DNA of 64,000 bases from the NCBI RefSeq assembly GCF_009914755.1, contig NC_060939.1; one strand, given 5' to 3'. How positions within the stretch are numbered: the first letter of the stretch is position 1; the number at the start of each line of letters is the position of its first letter. Source of the DNA: the human T2T-CHM13v2.0 reference genome, Homo sapiens. Made by a program: the position numbers and the translations under genes. Below the pieces are notes generated by a model that was not told the origin of the DNA, did no database searches, and was given only the letters and a program-made list of their open reading frames with translations. Below are positions 27,239-42,791 of the stretch, piece by piece.

Positions 27239-27620
27239 TTTTTATTTTATTTTATTTTATTTATTTATTTATTTATTTGAGACAGAGTCTCACTCATGCC
27301 AGGCTGCAATGCAGTGGCATGATCTCGGCTCACTGCAACCTCTGACTCCCTGGTTCAAGCGATTCTCCTGCCTCGGCCTCTGGAGTAGCTGGGATTACAG
27401 GCAGGCACACACCACCACGCCCAGCTAATTTTTGTATTTTTAGTAGAGACAAGGTTTTACCATGTTGGCCAGGCTGGTCTCGAACTTCTGACCTCAGGTG
27501 ATACACCTGCCCCAGTCATAAGCTATAAGTTATCATAAGTTAATGTTTTCAGCTTTTTCTGCATCTTAGAATGCACACAGTGGTTCTCACCTGTAATCCC
27601 AGCACTTTGGGAGCCAGGCC
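27239..27620 (-). mobile_element. AluS (Sx-like) with internal micro-inversion and foreign insertion
   Basis: Reverse Alu 27239-27515 with (TTTTA)/(TTTA) tail; non-Alu insert 27516-27579; plus-oriented Alu piece about 27576-27613; terminal ccaggcc 27614-27620. Confidence 0.93.
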
Positions 27621-28658
27621 TAAGAATATGTATTTATATAAAGCAATTATTTATTGAACACTTTCAATGTGTTCAGTAGCTTAAATTCTATATTCGTTTT
27701 AACACACTTTACCTTACCTTCTCTAATTCCCCAATGACAATTATATCTTCTCACTGGAATAATACCCTAAGTGCCATCCCCCCAAAAGATAAGTAGAGAA
27801 TATGGTAAAATAGTATCTTTCCCAAGTATGAAGTACATCATGTAGGTAACATTGCATGAATTTCTCTCTGTATAATGCATTTTTGCATTCATAATTGCAG
27901 TTCAAGTTCCAAAGGAAAATTTCTCTTTTTAAAAAGAGAAATAATGATAAATACCTGTTGAGTAGGAAAAAAGTAACTGCATAAAATTTCTTAGTTGTGT
28001 CTTCATAGATATTTTGGCTTTGCAGAAAGTTAGCAAAATCTTTCATGCTGCTGAAGTCTCTCGTTATTTTCTCGCTATCTTGGTGTCACAACATATTATG
28101 GAATCCAAGTGGTAATATCAGAAAAACTAAACTAAGTTTATTTGGGCATACTGGATTCAGGCATACACTAGCAACGTAGCAGCCTGATGTTTGAAAGAGG
28201 ACAATTCATGTGTGCATATCTCATGCCTGTCTGCTTTCCACATACTTCACAACATGATGATCGCTCCCAGCTATGTTGATATACGTCTATCCGCTTGGCT
28301 GGCTGTAGATAGGAGACAAATGATCTACCTCTTAACAGGTGATCTTCTTTGTAGGTGTCTCTTTTAATCAGAGCAGGATATTGGCAAACATAAACAGGTG
28401 TGCTACTGTTTCTAGTCCCACTATTACCTGCACTGCTTTCACTTGCCTTATATAAAAGATCATTGAAAATACCACCGTAAAGTGGCCCAGGGAATGAGTC
28501 AACAAGTTAGGGTCAACAGCTTGAAGGGTCAGCAAGTTACCTGTGGCAATGAAGAACAGGAAAGCCCCTCTGGGAAGTATACTGCATGTCTTCATGGATA
28601 ATCCAACTATAATGTTGCTTTAATTTCCTTCAGGAAAAGGAATATTTTTCATTACATA

Positions 28659-28740
28659 CTAGATTAAATTATATGAAATTGCCAATATGGAAATATTTTT
28701 GCTCCCTATTAATGCTGATTTTTTAAATGGTTCAACCTAG
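28659..28740. mobile_element. MADE2 (TcMar-Mariner MITE)
   Basis: About 80 bp, atatgaaattgccaatat...aaatggttcaaccta, terminal inverted repeats, TA on both sides. Confidence 0.8.
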
Positions 28741-28830
28741 TATATCTTAGGATCTAGTATAAAATTTAGAAAGCAACTGACATCTCCATTTTTCTTTCAG
28801 ATTTATTTTTTATTAAAAAATATAGATTTC

Positions 28831-29117
28831 GGCCAGGTGCGGTGGCTCACACCTGTAATCCCCGCACCTTGGGAGGCCGAGGCGGGCGGATCACCTGAGG
28901 TCAGGAGTTGGAGACCAGACTGGCCAACATGGCGAAACCCCATCTCTACTAAAAATACAAAAATCAGCCCAGCGTGGTGGCAGTCGCCTATAATCCCAGC
29001 TACTTGGGAGGCTGAGGCGGGAGAATCGCTGAACCTGGGAGGCAGAGGTTGCAGTGAGCTGAGATCAAGCCACTGCACTCCATCCTGGGCAACAGAGTGA
29101 GACTCCGTCTCGAAAAT
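28831..29117 (+). mobile_element. AluSx-type SINE
   Basis: ggatcacctgaggtcaggagtt...tggccaacatgg; short tail; decayed TSD aaaatatagatttc. Confidence 0.96.
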
Positions 29118-29176
29118 ATATGTGTATTTCTCTCTCCACCTGAATTTCCAGAAACATTTTAAAAATGATCGATGTT

Positions 29177-29481
29177 GCCAGGCATGGTGGCTCACGCCTG
29201 TAATCCTAGCACTTTGGGAGGCCAAGGTGGGCGGATTGCCTGAGCTCAGGAGTTCGAGACCAGCCTGGGCAGCACAGTGAAACCCCGTCTCCACTACAAT
29301 ATAAAAAATTAGCTGGGCATGGTGGCTGGCGCCTGTAGTCCCAGCTCTCGAGAGGCTGAGGCAGAATTGCTTGAACCCTGGAGGCAGAGGTTGCAGTGAG
29401 CCGAGATCATGCCACTGCACTCCAGCCTTGGTGACAGAGCGAGACTCCGTCTCAAAAATATAGATATAGATATAGATATAT
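29177..29481 (+). mobile_element. AluS-type SINE (ggattgcctgagctcagg variant); tail converted to (ATATAG)n
   Basis: Full dimer; TSD atgatcgatgtt at 29165-29176 and atgatcaatgtt at 29482-29493. Confidence 0.96.
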
Positions 29482-29867
29482 ATGATCAATGTTTCAGAAC
29501 TCTTATAGCATTTTCTATTAATTCCAGTGGTTTTTCCAAAGCGTAACATATGTCTTACATGGTAGGTAAGGTGACTTTGTTATTACACTGATGAACATGA
29601 GAGCTATTAGAAAATATTTTACTAGCATTTCAAACTAGTATGCATTTTTCTTTAACATTCCTTAAAAGAGTTAAATTTCCCAAAGTTTTTTAAAAGTGGC
29701 TCATTGAAAAAATAATTAAGTAGATAAAAGTATCACATTCTGAGCCCTCATACAGATGTTCAGAGTATGAAAGCATTGGGCTACATAACTGCAACTTACC
29801 ATGCATTACCATGTACTATACTGCATACGTTCCCAAGTTACTTCAGGGAAGACAAGAGAACTTATGT

Positions 29868-29947
29868 TTAGTTGGCCCATATGAAATTGTCATTTTTGTT
29901 AATGAAAAACAGACAAATATTGGTAATATCATATGGTTTGGTCTTAA
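29868..29947. mobile_element. MADE2 (TcMar-Mariner MITE)
   Basis: ccatatgaaattgtcatttttg...ggtaatatcatatggtt inverted-repeat structure, about 80 bp. Confidence 0.8.
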
Positions 29948-30009
29948 TGTATCTCTGTGACCACACAGCATATAATGTATAAAAGGGATTAGTGAAAATT
30001 AAATTTTGA

Positions 30010-30309
<300 letters not shown>

Positions 30310-31450
30310 CACAATTTCAAGTTTTTCATAAGCAGGCCTCAATGTGCAGGCTATCAACAAGTTTAAGAGCTATATCAACAAGTTTAAGAAAACTTGCCTA
30401 TAAACAAATGCCAACTGAAACATAAAGATACAAGTCAACATGCTTAACTCATGAGTAAATATTAGAGAAACATGAATTTTTTACACAACACTCTTCCCTG
30501 GATAGTATACAAAAATAAATGATTATCACTCCTAGGAACTTACACCTTCGTTGACTGCGGTTCAAATTGGATCATGATCAAAGATGAATTAGCTTAAGAT
30601 ATGGAGTCTAGTGAATTAAGAAAAAATGCCAAGGTAAGAATCTTTTTAAAAAAGAATGAAAAAGAAAAACTCAGAAAACCTGTGTATCTTTTCCTCTAGA
30701 AAAACATGTAGTTAGAAACAAACTATTGAAATCCAACAATTTAAGAGGACTGAATCAAGCATTTTTTTGTTTTTTTAAAATGCCTCACTTTAGACAACTA
30801 AGCAAAAATAATGTAATGTCACAAAGTTTAACAAATTGACTTTTAAAAATAGCTTACTAAAACTTCATCAGAGCCTAAATATCCCAGCTTTTTTTCAGCA
30901 GATCTTTTATTCATTCTTTTTTAAAATATAGAAAGACTGTGTATTAGCAATATCTTCAATAAGCAGTAAGAAATCCACAACTTTTTGGGCATCGTTTGCC
31001 ATGCTGTGACTAGGAGTGAGGATGAGGAGCAGGAGGATAATATTTATGGGTGACCAAAGTAAGAAACATACATTGCTTTAACACACTTTCACCATCATCT
31101 GATTTGTCCTTTTGTTCGCCCCACTCAATCCATACCCTATTAGCATACAAGTTCTAGCTATGATACCAAGGACACAGGAAGGAACTTAGGGAAAAGGCAC
31201 GTTTATTTAGAAACTTATGTAGCCCAACAATATAAAAAGCACACTCTCTCCACATAAATAGATGTAAATATTCTTGTAAATTCTATATAACAAATGACTG
31301 TATACTTTAGAAAAACAGTACAAGTTTCAGTTTAACTGCAAGGAAGGATATCTGCTTTTTTATGCCTTTGAAGATATTATATTTCAAACCCAATGTCTGA
31401 ATTTACTAGCCAGTATTCGTGCAACAAAGTTCAGAAGGTTTTAAATAATT

Positions 31451-31945
<495 letters not shown>

Positions 31946-34900
31946 AAAAACAATTCATGTGAAAAAAGAAAACTAGTCTTTTCATTAAACAATTCAAAGA
32001 ACAAAGAGCATTCCTGGGTTGGTAGAGATGGTCAAAGAGTGGAAACTTTTAATTGTTCCCAAAGCTAAAAAAGACCTCCAAAGCTTCCAACATCTCCACT
32101 AAGTCCACCACGTCTAGAAGTTCTTCGGTATCTCGTCTCTTCTAGTGTGCTTTCTTTGGTAGTGACTATAGATTTCACTGGTTCTTTCTCAGAAGTAAAA
32201 AAAAAAAAAACATTATGAGTTTGCTTTCCAATATTTAGATATAAAATTATGTATAGATTTTTATATTAAATGAAGGCAATGAAGACCAATATTTAAAAAT
32301 ACTACAGCTAAACAAACTAATTAATTATAAGGTTAGAAGATAATATAATTTTGTTAATTACTCACAGCTTGGTGCCCATTTTTTTCACTGCAGCCAACAA
32401 CTGCATGCTTTTAATCTCTGTAATAATAATGGCATACATCATTAACCTTATTTTATTCTTTTTTAATTTTTTACAATGCCAACAACAAAGATCATTAACC
32501 TATGTTCTGTTTAACATCTAATCAGCCATTTTAGTTAAATAAATATCATAGAAAACATTAAACATCACTTTGCTATGCTACAGTGGCCCTCAGGAGGGGA
32601 ATTCTTCCTAATGCATTATATTAACATTAGTTTACTCCACAAGTGTCAAATCATGAGTGGCAACAAGGAAATAGATAAAGAATAATTGATGGTATTAATC
32701 AAATTAGTTCAAAAGTGTCTTTTTCCAACTAGTTCTAAATCTTACTGGTATTATTGCATTTTGTTTGTGATGTTATTTTCTGAAGCTCTTAAAAGAACAC
32801 AGATAGTCTGCTACTGAGATATCATCAGATAATTGTACATGAGAATGACAAGCTGGTGAAATCCAGTATGTTTATGAAGGGAATTTCTGGGAATAACTGC
32901 TCTCTGAAGCATGGGAACCCTGTGTGGGATTGCTGATGTTGGTAACAGTTACTTTGAATCAAGATTCTCATTAAAGGCATGTGTCTGCTGGCTATAGCAT
33001 GTCTATAAGTTTAGCAGCTGAACCACCATTTCATGCCATCAATGATGTCAAAAGAACTACAATAGTAAACAAGACTCATATCTAAAATATTTAGTAAAGC
33101 CCTGTCCTAGATTCCAAATAAATTGTTATTTCTCTGCACATGAGTTCTCATTACCACCCTGCCTCTAATGGGAATAAGCATATAGCTCAGGCAGTCCCAT
33201 GCTACACAATCTACCTCCCCTATGAGGCTTGGTTAAGGAGACTGATGAAAGGAAGATGGATCAGAACCACAGATAAGGAGAAGGGGGTTGTGATAACATT
33301 ATTAAAAATGTATACGTATTATTGACAGAGATACCAATTAGCAAAGAGGGCAGGGCAAACTCATGCTTACATCCTGATAAATAGTAGTATTTATAAAGTA
33401 CTTCTATGCTTCTCCCAAATTTCTGGTCCCAAGATTACAAATTGGTACATTTTATTGAAAAGCAAGCAAAGACTTTATGTCATACTAATTTGACAGCCAG
33501 AAGAAAAAAAAAATACTGTCCTCTCCCAAGATACATTCTTGCACCTTATCTAACTTTCTAATATGAGCGCATCTCAGAAACTGATGTAGATAGTTTTTCT
33601 AATCAAACACATTACATTATATATTTCGCAAACGAACATCGATTCCAACTATGATGCACTTGTCCAACGTATCTCTTAGTCAGGGAGAGGACAATAGCTA
33701 AGGAAGAAAAGAAAGAGGCTTCTATAGGGCAGGAAATGAAAGGTGGCCTATTCCCAGCTTCCTATGACATCCTGCTTGCATCACGGTCTGTACATATAAC
33801 TATACATAGTAATACGGCTCTACCAACCCTCCATCTATTGACTCAGCATTAGTTAACACACTCTTTTCAAATACTGTCTTTGAGTTTTGGGTGCCACAGA
33901 CACAATATAAAAAACACAGATGTCAGAAAACAGAGATTCAGAAATGATTTGACCAGGAACAGCCTAAGAGGAAAAGCTAAAAGAGCTGGGGTTAGTTCTT
34001 ACCAAAAAGAGTAAGCTAAAAGAAAACACAGCTATTATTTATGCTCTTTTGTCTGAGCACATTTAGGCTCTTCTATTGCTTCCCAAAGAAAAAGACACAT
34101 GGCTTCATAATTAGAGTCTGGCTTCTTGTCTTTGACTTATGATTCTTGACAAATTCTCAGAGCCCATTCCACAGCCAGCATCCGATGTTTCATTCCTTTT
34201 TTCCCCAGATGTACCAGACAGGTGGCCTGAGGCAATAGGATGCACACTGTGTAGGATGGTAAGTGGGACACAGGATTAGGAAACACCAGGCTGTAGCAGA
34301 CACTGCCACCGTTTTTCTATCACTTTTTTGTATTCCATTTATTGCTGCCTTAATGTCAGTAACTGAATGGCTATTATTCTTCCTGAACCTGACCTCTCTA
34401 CTGAAAATTATATTCTGTATGATATTACTTCCATTCCTACTGCCCTATATTTAGTTAGAAGTTCCTCTACTTTATGGGCATTCTTTAAAAACTGGTGGTA
34501 GGATGCTTCCAACATTCTTTGATAAGGTACTCAATAAATGCAGGTCTTATCTTAACTAGCCATGGACCCAGATACCTACAAAATTGAGTGATGATGGCAA
34601 AAGAACTTCGAATTTTCTATACAATGATGTCAGAAAAAAAGGGACAAAGCCAAAAAAGGTCTTTCTGTATTTTCATATATCTTATTTTGGCTAAAAATCC
34701 TGGTTTCCTTGCTCCCAGTGCAAAATACTGTTGATTTAAGACACTAAATGAGGTATACTGTCTTATAAGATTTGTTGACACTTCACACTGTCTTTAGAAT
34801 AATTTATAACTAGCACACAGTTCAAGGAAAGAAATAATGATTAAAATTTAGATTCCTATAAATTAAAAAGTGACTGCTTTCTAATGTACGAGTACATTAG

Positions 34901-36009
34901 AAATATGAGAACACAGTAACGATTTGTTTGTATTTTATAATATGAAGCACCGATGGTGAGCAATATCTTTCTGTAACTCCTGGGTATGATAGGATGGGCT
35001 TTGGTTTAAAAAGAAATACATTGTAGGTAAAAAGTGTCAACACATGGATGTATATTTATATCGCTATTATATATCACAATAAGCATTTTGAATAGACAAA
35101 CATATAGCTTCTAATTCAAAGAAAAGCATTATTGCTATACTGGTACCATTTTAGTGAGTTCTATTAACACTATTTAGCAATAATAAAAATAAACAATTTT
35201 AAGATTTGTATTATCAACCCTGTCCCTAATATCTGGTAAGTATTTTGATTTCAAAAAAATTAAAAGCAGTTATCTCAAGTGAAACGTTATCTACTATAGC
35301 TAGACTTAAAAGGTGAGAACTGATAAACTTTATCGTAAACTTCTAGAACATCTTGAATCTTCCACCATTAGTCAGGACTCAATCCACAAACCAAGCTTTT
35401 TCAGAAAGCCCTTCCAATATGGCAAAACTATTTTTCTTAAAGTATAACCTAAATTCTTCCTTAAACAAAGTAAAGTTCTCCTTAATAAGGATTTCTTTAA
35501 AGAATACAAATGGTTTTGCTCTGCTATCCTTAATATTAGGAAAAACTGTATAAAATTTTATTTTTAAAGGTCAAAAGAGTAGTTAGATATTACTAATTTT
35601 ATGTAGTTCAACCTAATGTTATTCTAGACAGGTTTAATGTTCCTTATAAAAGTCATTTGTGAGACAAATATGTTGAAGTCAAAATCTCCTGGATTCTTTC
35701 ATCAAGCTTAAAACAGAAAATACTCCTTCAATAACAAATGAAAGACAAAGATTTGGTGTTAGGCTATTTTCTAAATGTGGAAGTTATATATTCCATGCTA
35801 TAAAATGTTCTGAGACTATATTTGATGTCTAAGCATTTTACTAAACATATTCCTCTGGAAGCAGTTATAAAGAATCTTTAAAAATTTTTGCGAAACTATA
35901 AAAACAATAAGACTATCCTAATTTTTTTGTTTTTGGGAAACATTTATTTTGGAATATTTAGTTATTTGGGAAAATATTTATGTTAACTAAAATCAGTTTG
36001 TTAGTATTA

Positions 36010-36175
36010 TTTTAAAATGAATTAATTAATAAATATTTTTAATTTCACAGTTTTAATATTTAGTGCAGTAAATATCAATAGATATAACCCACATAAGTTA
36101 AAGCTCTGTGGGGTTTTCAATAATTTTCAAGAGCATAAAATGTCTCTGGGACCAAAAAGTTAGAGAATCATTGGA
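36010..36175. mobile_element. hAT-Charlie DNA transposon fragment
   Basis: aaatatcaatagatataacccacataa...aagctct...caataatttt...gaccaaaaagttagagaatcattg terminal motif. Confidence 0.65.
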
Positions 36176-36489
36176 TTAATTAAAGAGATAAATCAGAAAA
36201 AGAGAAGGGAGGTAACACACATAAGACATTTTGTAAATCATACTATTTATTTCATCCTAAAGGAAACTAGCCTGGACCTCATCTCATTACTCACTTGGGG
36301 CGGGATGAGTACAGAGATTTCCACAGACATATTCCTAAGCCTGCTTCCATGTACTTTTTTACTGCTCACAAGTGCGACAGAAGAATTTCTGGGTGGGAAC
36401 AACTCTACACATTAATATAGAGCAGCAACAGGTATTGTCTTACATGACTCATTGATTTTAGATATAATTTCAAGGGTCATCAGACTCTT

Positions 36490-36665
36490 TTTTTTATCAT
36501 AACAATCTTGAGAGATTAAGAAAAACAGAGGTGTTTTGTTCTCAGTTTACAGATAGGAAAACAAAGACAGACGGTTTCAGGGTTTCACCCTAAGGCACAC
36601 GGATTGTGTTGGGGCAGGTTGTGGAATTTAAGGCACCTGCTTTCATGCACAATACTTTATCCACT
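36490..36665 (-). mobile_element. MIR SINE
   Basis: cataacaatcttgagag...cagtttacagataggaaaac...cctaaggcacac...ggaatttaa. Confidence 0.75.
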
Positions 36666-36849
36666 AGGTCAATGTCTTTAAAACTGCTTTTCAGCACTGG
36701 GAATTTTTCTCTCATGAAATCTTGCTCAGAAGACCCTCATAATGCACAAGAAAGAGAGCTGCTCCAGCTGGAGAGGGGCCAGCAATTGAGATCCACTCCC
36801 ACCACTCCAGCCACCCCCCCAGCTTGGGACACCAGTCTGCCCAAGACCC

Positions 36850-38220
<1,371 letters not shown>

Positions 38221-40600
38221 CCTGGACAGCCTAGAACAAGGTTTTAGAGCCTAAGCAAGGGGGAGATTCTCAAGGAAGGCAGCCTGGCATGGAGCGTGAG
38301 AGTATACCCTGACAAAGGGCAGCTTGTTTGTGGCTATTTCATTATTGCTATAGATTTCATATCCAACACAAATATTATTTAAGGGTGTTTAAGTTATATT
38401 TTTCTTCGTAGAGGGTATGCTTTGTGACGAAATTAGATTTTTGTCCTTGAAAGGATGAATATCAGTAACAGTTACGTACAGCTCTATTAACATCAGCTGT
38501 CTCTCTCTTTGTGATGCCAATTGAATTTCTTTCTATGTTTGATTAGTGAATTGTGTCCATTTTCTGTTAAATCTTTCCTCATCTTTTTAATTATTATTTA
38601 TTTATTTTTCTTCTTTTCCCTTTTCTCTTGATTAGTATGAATTTTCTTCTAACCTTAAAATCATGCATTCACTTTTTATTCTTCTGGTCATTACTCATTC
38701 ACATTATGTTTATCTTTCTCTAATAATTTCTTAACTGTATCTGTATCCTTACCTCTCCTCAGTAAAGCAGGACGTGTACTTCAGCTCTTCCTTTAGCCCC
38801 ACCCAGGTCATCATGTCTGAATTTTTAATTTTGTATTGTCCAGTTCTTATTTTTGCTTGTTTTATTTTTCATGCCTTTTTAAAAAATACAACTAACACTT
38901 AGTAAGTTACACCCTCACTTTCCATTTACTTTATTACTACCTTCTCTATGTATTTCTCTTATTTTTGGAGTACAACCTCTAATACATTCAGCTCTTTAAA
39001 GATTGTCTTAGTGTGATATATTTTCTGATGCTTTGTATTATTTATGACACCCCCACATTTAAATGAGAGCTTAACGAGATTTTTTTAAATCTAGTCTTAA
39101 AATCATTTAACTTCAATACTTTGGAGAAAAAAAAAGGGATCCTTGCTTTTATGCCTTCTTTTCTGCTTTTTTCTATTACTTGCCACCAAAGTTCTATCTG
39201 ACCCATAGACATACAGGAGAAAACAAAGGATAGGGAAGATTGAGATTAAAAGAGAAATTACATTTAGTGAAAGGAACACAGACTTCAGAGTTACAGAGAT
39301 ATGAATTTGAACATGACAGAGCATACCCAGAAGAGAGGAAAAAAAAACCACAAACTAGGGCAGTGACCTGTGTTTGTTAACTCAGGAAAAAATAAATCCC
39401 CCAGTATTTCAATATGTTATGTATTCATGAGTTGTAACCAAGAACCCACTTAAATTTCAGGAGCTGAAGGCCAGATTCAGGTATTTCACATGACTTGTTA
39501 TACCTATGTATTTTTTGGCAAAAAGAAGTTGGAAAAATATATACATACATATATAAGATTCTTCTATGGGTTCATTATTTTGTCAACCAATATAAATGTT
39601 AGTGTTTGATCGTATGGTACATAAATATGGATATCAGATTCACACTGAAGATTGCACCATTGTCATTATAAGATGCTTTGCATTTGATTCCATGTTGTCT
39701 GATGTTACTAAACCACCTTCTGGTTTTTGTTTGCATTTGCTTGTTATATCTTTGCTTATCCTTTTCCTTTCGACCTTTCTCAATCACATGGTTACAGATG
39801 TGTCTCACATATCCATACGTCAAGAAACAGGTTGGAATCTGTGAATACAATCATGAGCCCATTGACACACCGCCCACCCTCATGGCACCTGTGTTCTTTC
39901 AGGGCAACAGACAAAAAAGCAGGCACTATGTTTGTTTTACTTGCTACTTCATAGAACTAAGCACAGGCCCTGACATATACGAGGATAAGCATAAATATAT
40001 ATTGAGTAAATAAGCTTATTTTGTAAAAGCAATTACTTAATCAAAATGCTATTGAAGTCTTTAGAGTAAAATTGCGCAGAGCTAGAGGAACATTTGAAAG
40101 AGAGACCTGACCTAGGGATGGGAAAGCTCCCCTAAGAAGTGACTTTTCAGCTCAAAGAGGCAGGACAATGAAGAATGGGAAAAGTATTCCAGAAAAGGAA
40201 ACATAATTTTCTTCCAATTTTCATTTAGCTGTATTTTCTAGTTTTGTACAGAAAGTAACATTTATAAAGTAAGTAAATATCTTGAACAGAGCAAGCACTA
40301 AAGAGAGCAATTTCTGGCCACTATCAGGGCTTATGATAAACAGGATAAGGCAAGGGAATCAGGGAAAGACTCCCCCAGAATTGCCAGTTGATGATTTGTT
40401 TATCTAAATATTAAATTGATAAATAAAACTTTATCAGTAAAGATATCTTTTCATCATCTCTAAAATAAGATTTCTGTCTTCAGAGTTGCTATGAAAATTA
40501 AAGAATAGTTAAAATAAGCCATCTTAAATCCAGTTTCAAACAAGGCAATACATAATCATGTAAAAATAAGTGAGGCTCCTAGTGCAATGCCTACTACCTA

Positions 40601-40939
40601 CAGTCATGCATCACTTAATGACAGGGATACCTTCTAGGGAATGTGTTATTAAGCGATTTCATCACTGTGCAAACCTCATGAGTGTATTTACACAATCCTA
40701 GATGGTGTAGCCTACTACACACCTAGGCTATCTGGTATAACCTATTGCTCCTAGGCTACAAATGTTTATAGTATGTTACTGTACTGAATACTGTAGGTGA
40801 CTGTAATACAATGGTAAGTATCTAAACATACTTAAACACAGAAAAGGGACAATAAAAATACAGTGTTATAATCTTCTGGAACCATCATAGTGTGTACAGT
40901 TCATTATTGACTGAAATGTAATTTTGTGGTTCATGACTG
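40601..40939. mobile_element. Tigger3a/MER7A (TcMar-Tigger) non-autonomous element
   Basis: TIRs cagtcatg...catgactg with TA duplication on both sides; internal agcctactacacacctaggcta...cctattgctcctaggctaca. Confidence 0.92.
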
Positions 40940-41120
40940 TATTAGGCATTCAATAAATGATTGTTATTGTTGTTATTATAAGTAGACAAGTAAAATATAG
41001 TTTTTTCTTCTGTAAAATATATGTAATACTACTTATTTTATAGAATTATTTTGAAGATTAAATTAAACTTAGAAATGTATGTACAGTATATATTACTGTG
41101 TTTAGAATTTAGGAGGTATT

Positions 41121-41431
<311 letters not shown>

Positions 41432-41982
41432 TTTAAGAGGTATCAAAATTACCAAGTTTAGATAAAGATACATGAATAGATAGGTAGATACCTAGACAGT
41501 CAAAGATATTGGTAGCATAACAAAATTTAATGTGATGAAGAAAATAATTCATAAGCATTTGGAAAAGGAAGATGTGTATGGCAAAGTTTCTAGAAGAAAG
41601 GAGGAGCTATGAAATGAGAAGAAATTGAATAAACAAGTAAAGATGACTTGACTTTCCAGGGGAGGTTGCCATTCTGATGGAGCCACAGAGCTTCTTACCA
41701 CTCAAAAATAAAAAAAAAAAAGAGAGAGATACTGTAATTCTATATTGAAGCCAGAGAATTAGCAGAAATAAAGAAAAATTTAATGACCTATAATTTTATC
41801 CTTCTCGAGAAGGAACTCAAATTCATGAATAGAGCCAACTGGCCGATTTATGTAGCAACTGAAAACCCTGATTATATCTAGATTTAATCAAGAGGTAATC
41901 AATTTGATCAAGATTTAATAAATATAATTAAATAATATATTTAATCAATATAATCAAGATTTAATCAAGATATAATCAATCA

Positions 41983-42346
41983 GGTTTGGCTGTGTCCCCA
42001 CCCAAGTCTCATCTTGAATTGTACTTCTCATAATCCCCACATGTCATGGAGGGACCCAGTGAGAGATAATTGAATCATGGGGGCAGTTTCCCCTTTGCCA
42101 TTCTAGTGATAGTAAGTTCTCACGGATCTGTTGGTTTTATAAGGGGCTTCTTCCTTTGCTTGGTTCTCATTCTTTTTGCTGTCACCATGTGAAGAAGGAC
42201 ATGCTTGCTTCCTCTTCTACCATGATTTTAAGTTTCCTGAGGCCTCCCCAGTCATGCTGGACTGTGAATCAATTAAACCTCTTTCCTTTATAAATTACCC
42301 AGTCTCGGGCATGTCTTTATTAGCAGCGTGAGAATAGACTAATACA
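41983..42346 (+). mobile_element. THE1 (ERVL-MaLR) solo LTR missing its first bases
   Basis: ggtttggctgtgtccccacccaagtctcatcttgaattgta...caattaaacctctttcctttataaattacccagtctcggg...agactaataca. Confidence 0.96.
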
Positions 42347-42791
42347 TGTCTCCAGCCACAATTCATAAAAAAAGCTCTAAGTGTCATTTTTCCAGTTTAC
42401 ACTGGAAAAATAAAGCAAAATCTCCATACCTTCTAAGGTTAGCCATTATTATCAAGACAAATAAAGAGTGTTTACAGCTCAAAAATGATGCCTTTAAAAG
42501 TTTACAGTTAAAGGTAATGTATGGAGTCATCAAAGAAGAGAAAAATGAAATAATTAAGCTCCTGGCCTGAATTTCTTCTTAGTATTTTTATGAGGGTAAA
42601 GAGATTAGAAAAAAACCAGGGAAGAATAACCTACAACTGAAAGCCCTTGTTAGATTTACTGGTGGGATAGGGAAAGGGTGATCCTAGAAAAAAGGAAAAA
42701 AAAAACAACAACAGCATGTCTCAATAGAAGAGGTAGTGATCACCTCAGCTAAATGTTTCTGTAATCATTTCTTATTAAAAAGGTAAATCAG

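Noticed and set aside
28803-29549. 248-aa ORF, the longest in the track
   Set aside because: It is an antisense read-through of two tandem Alus, with typical Alu peptides such as [16 protein letters not shown]. The same applies to the other Alu ORFs (12228, 19457, 30010, 37219, 53960, 57189 and others).
30349-30389. Short tandem duplications (also about 20470, 22048, 43983 and 54456)
   Set aside because: Ordinary 7-20 bp slippage duplications with no spacers or periodicity. Not CRISPR-like or otherwise organised.
30536-30633. Plus-strand exon-like unit (cctag|...AAG|gtaaga)
   Set aside because: It has stops in all three frames and a weak pyrimidine tract. It cannot be supported without transcript data.
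33595-33690. Possible hammerhead ribozyme on the minus strand (ctga...cgaaa plus a stem)
   Set aside because: The core reads CUGACUA rather than CUGANGA, and stems I and II cannot be formed.
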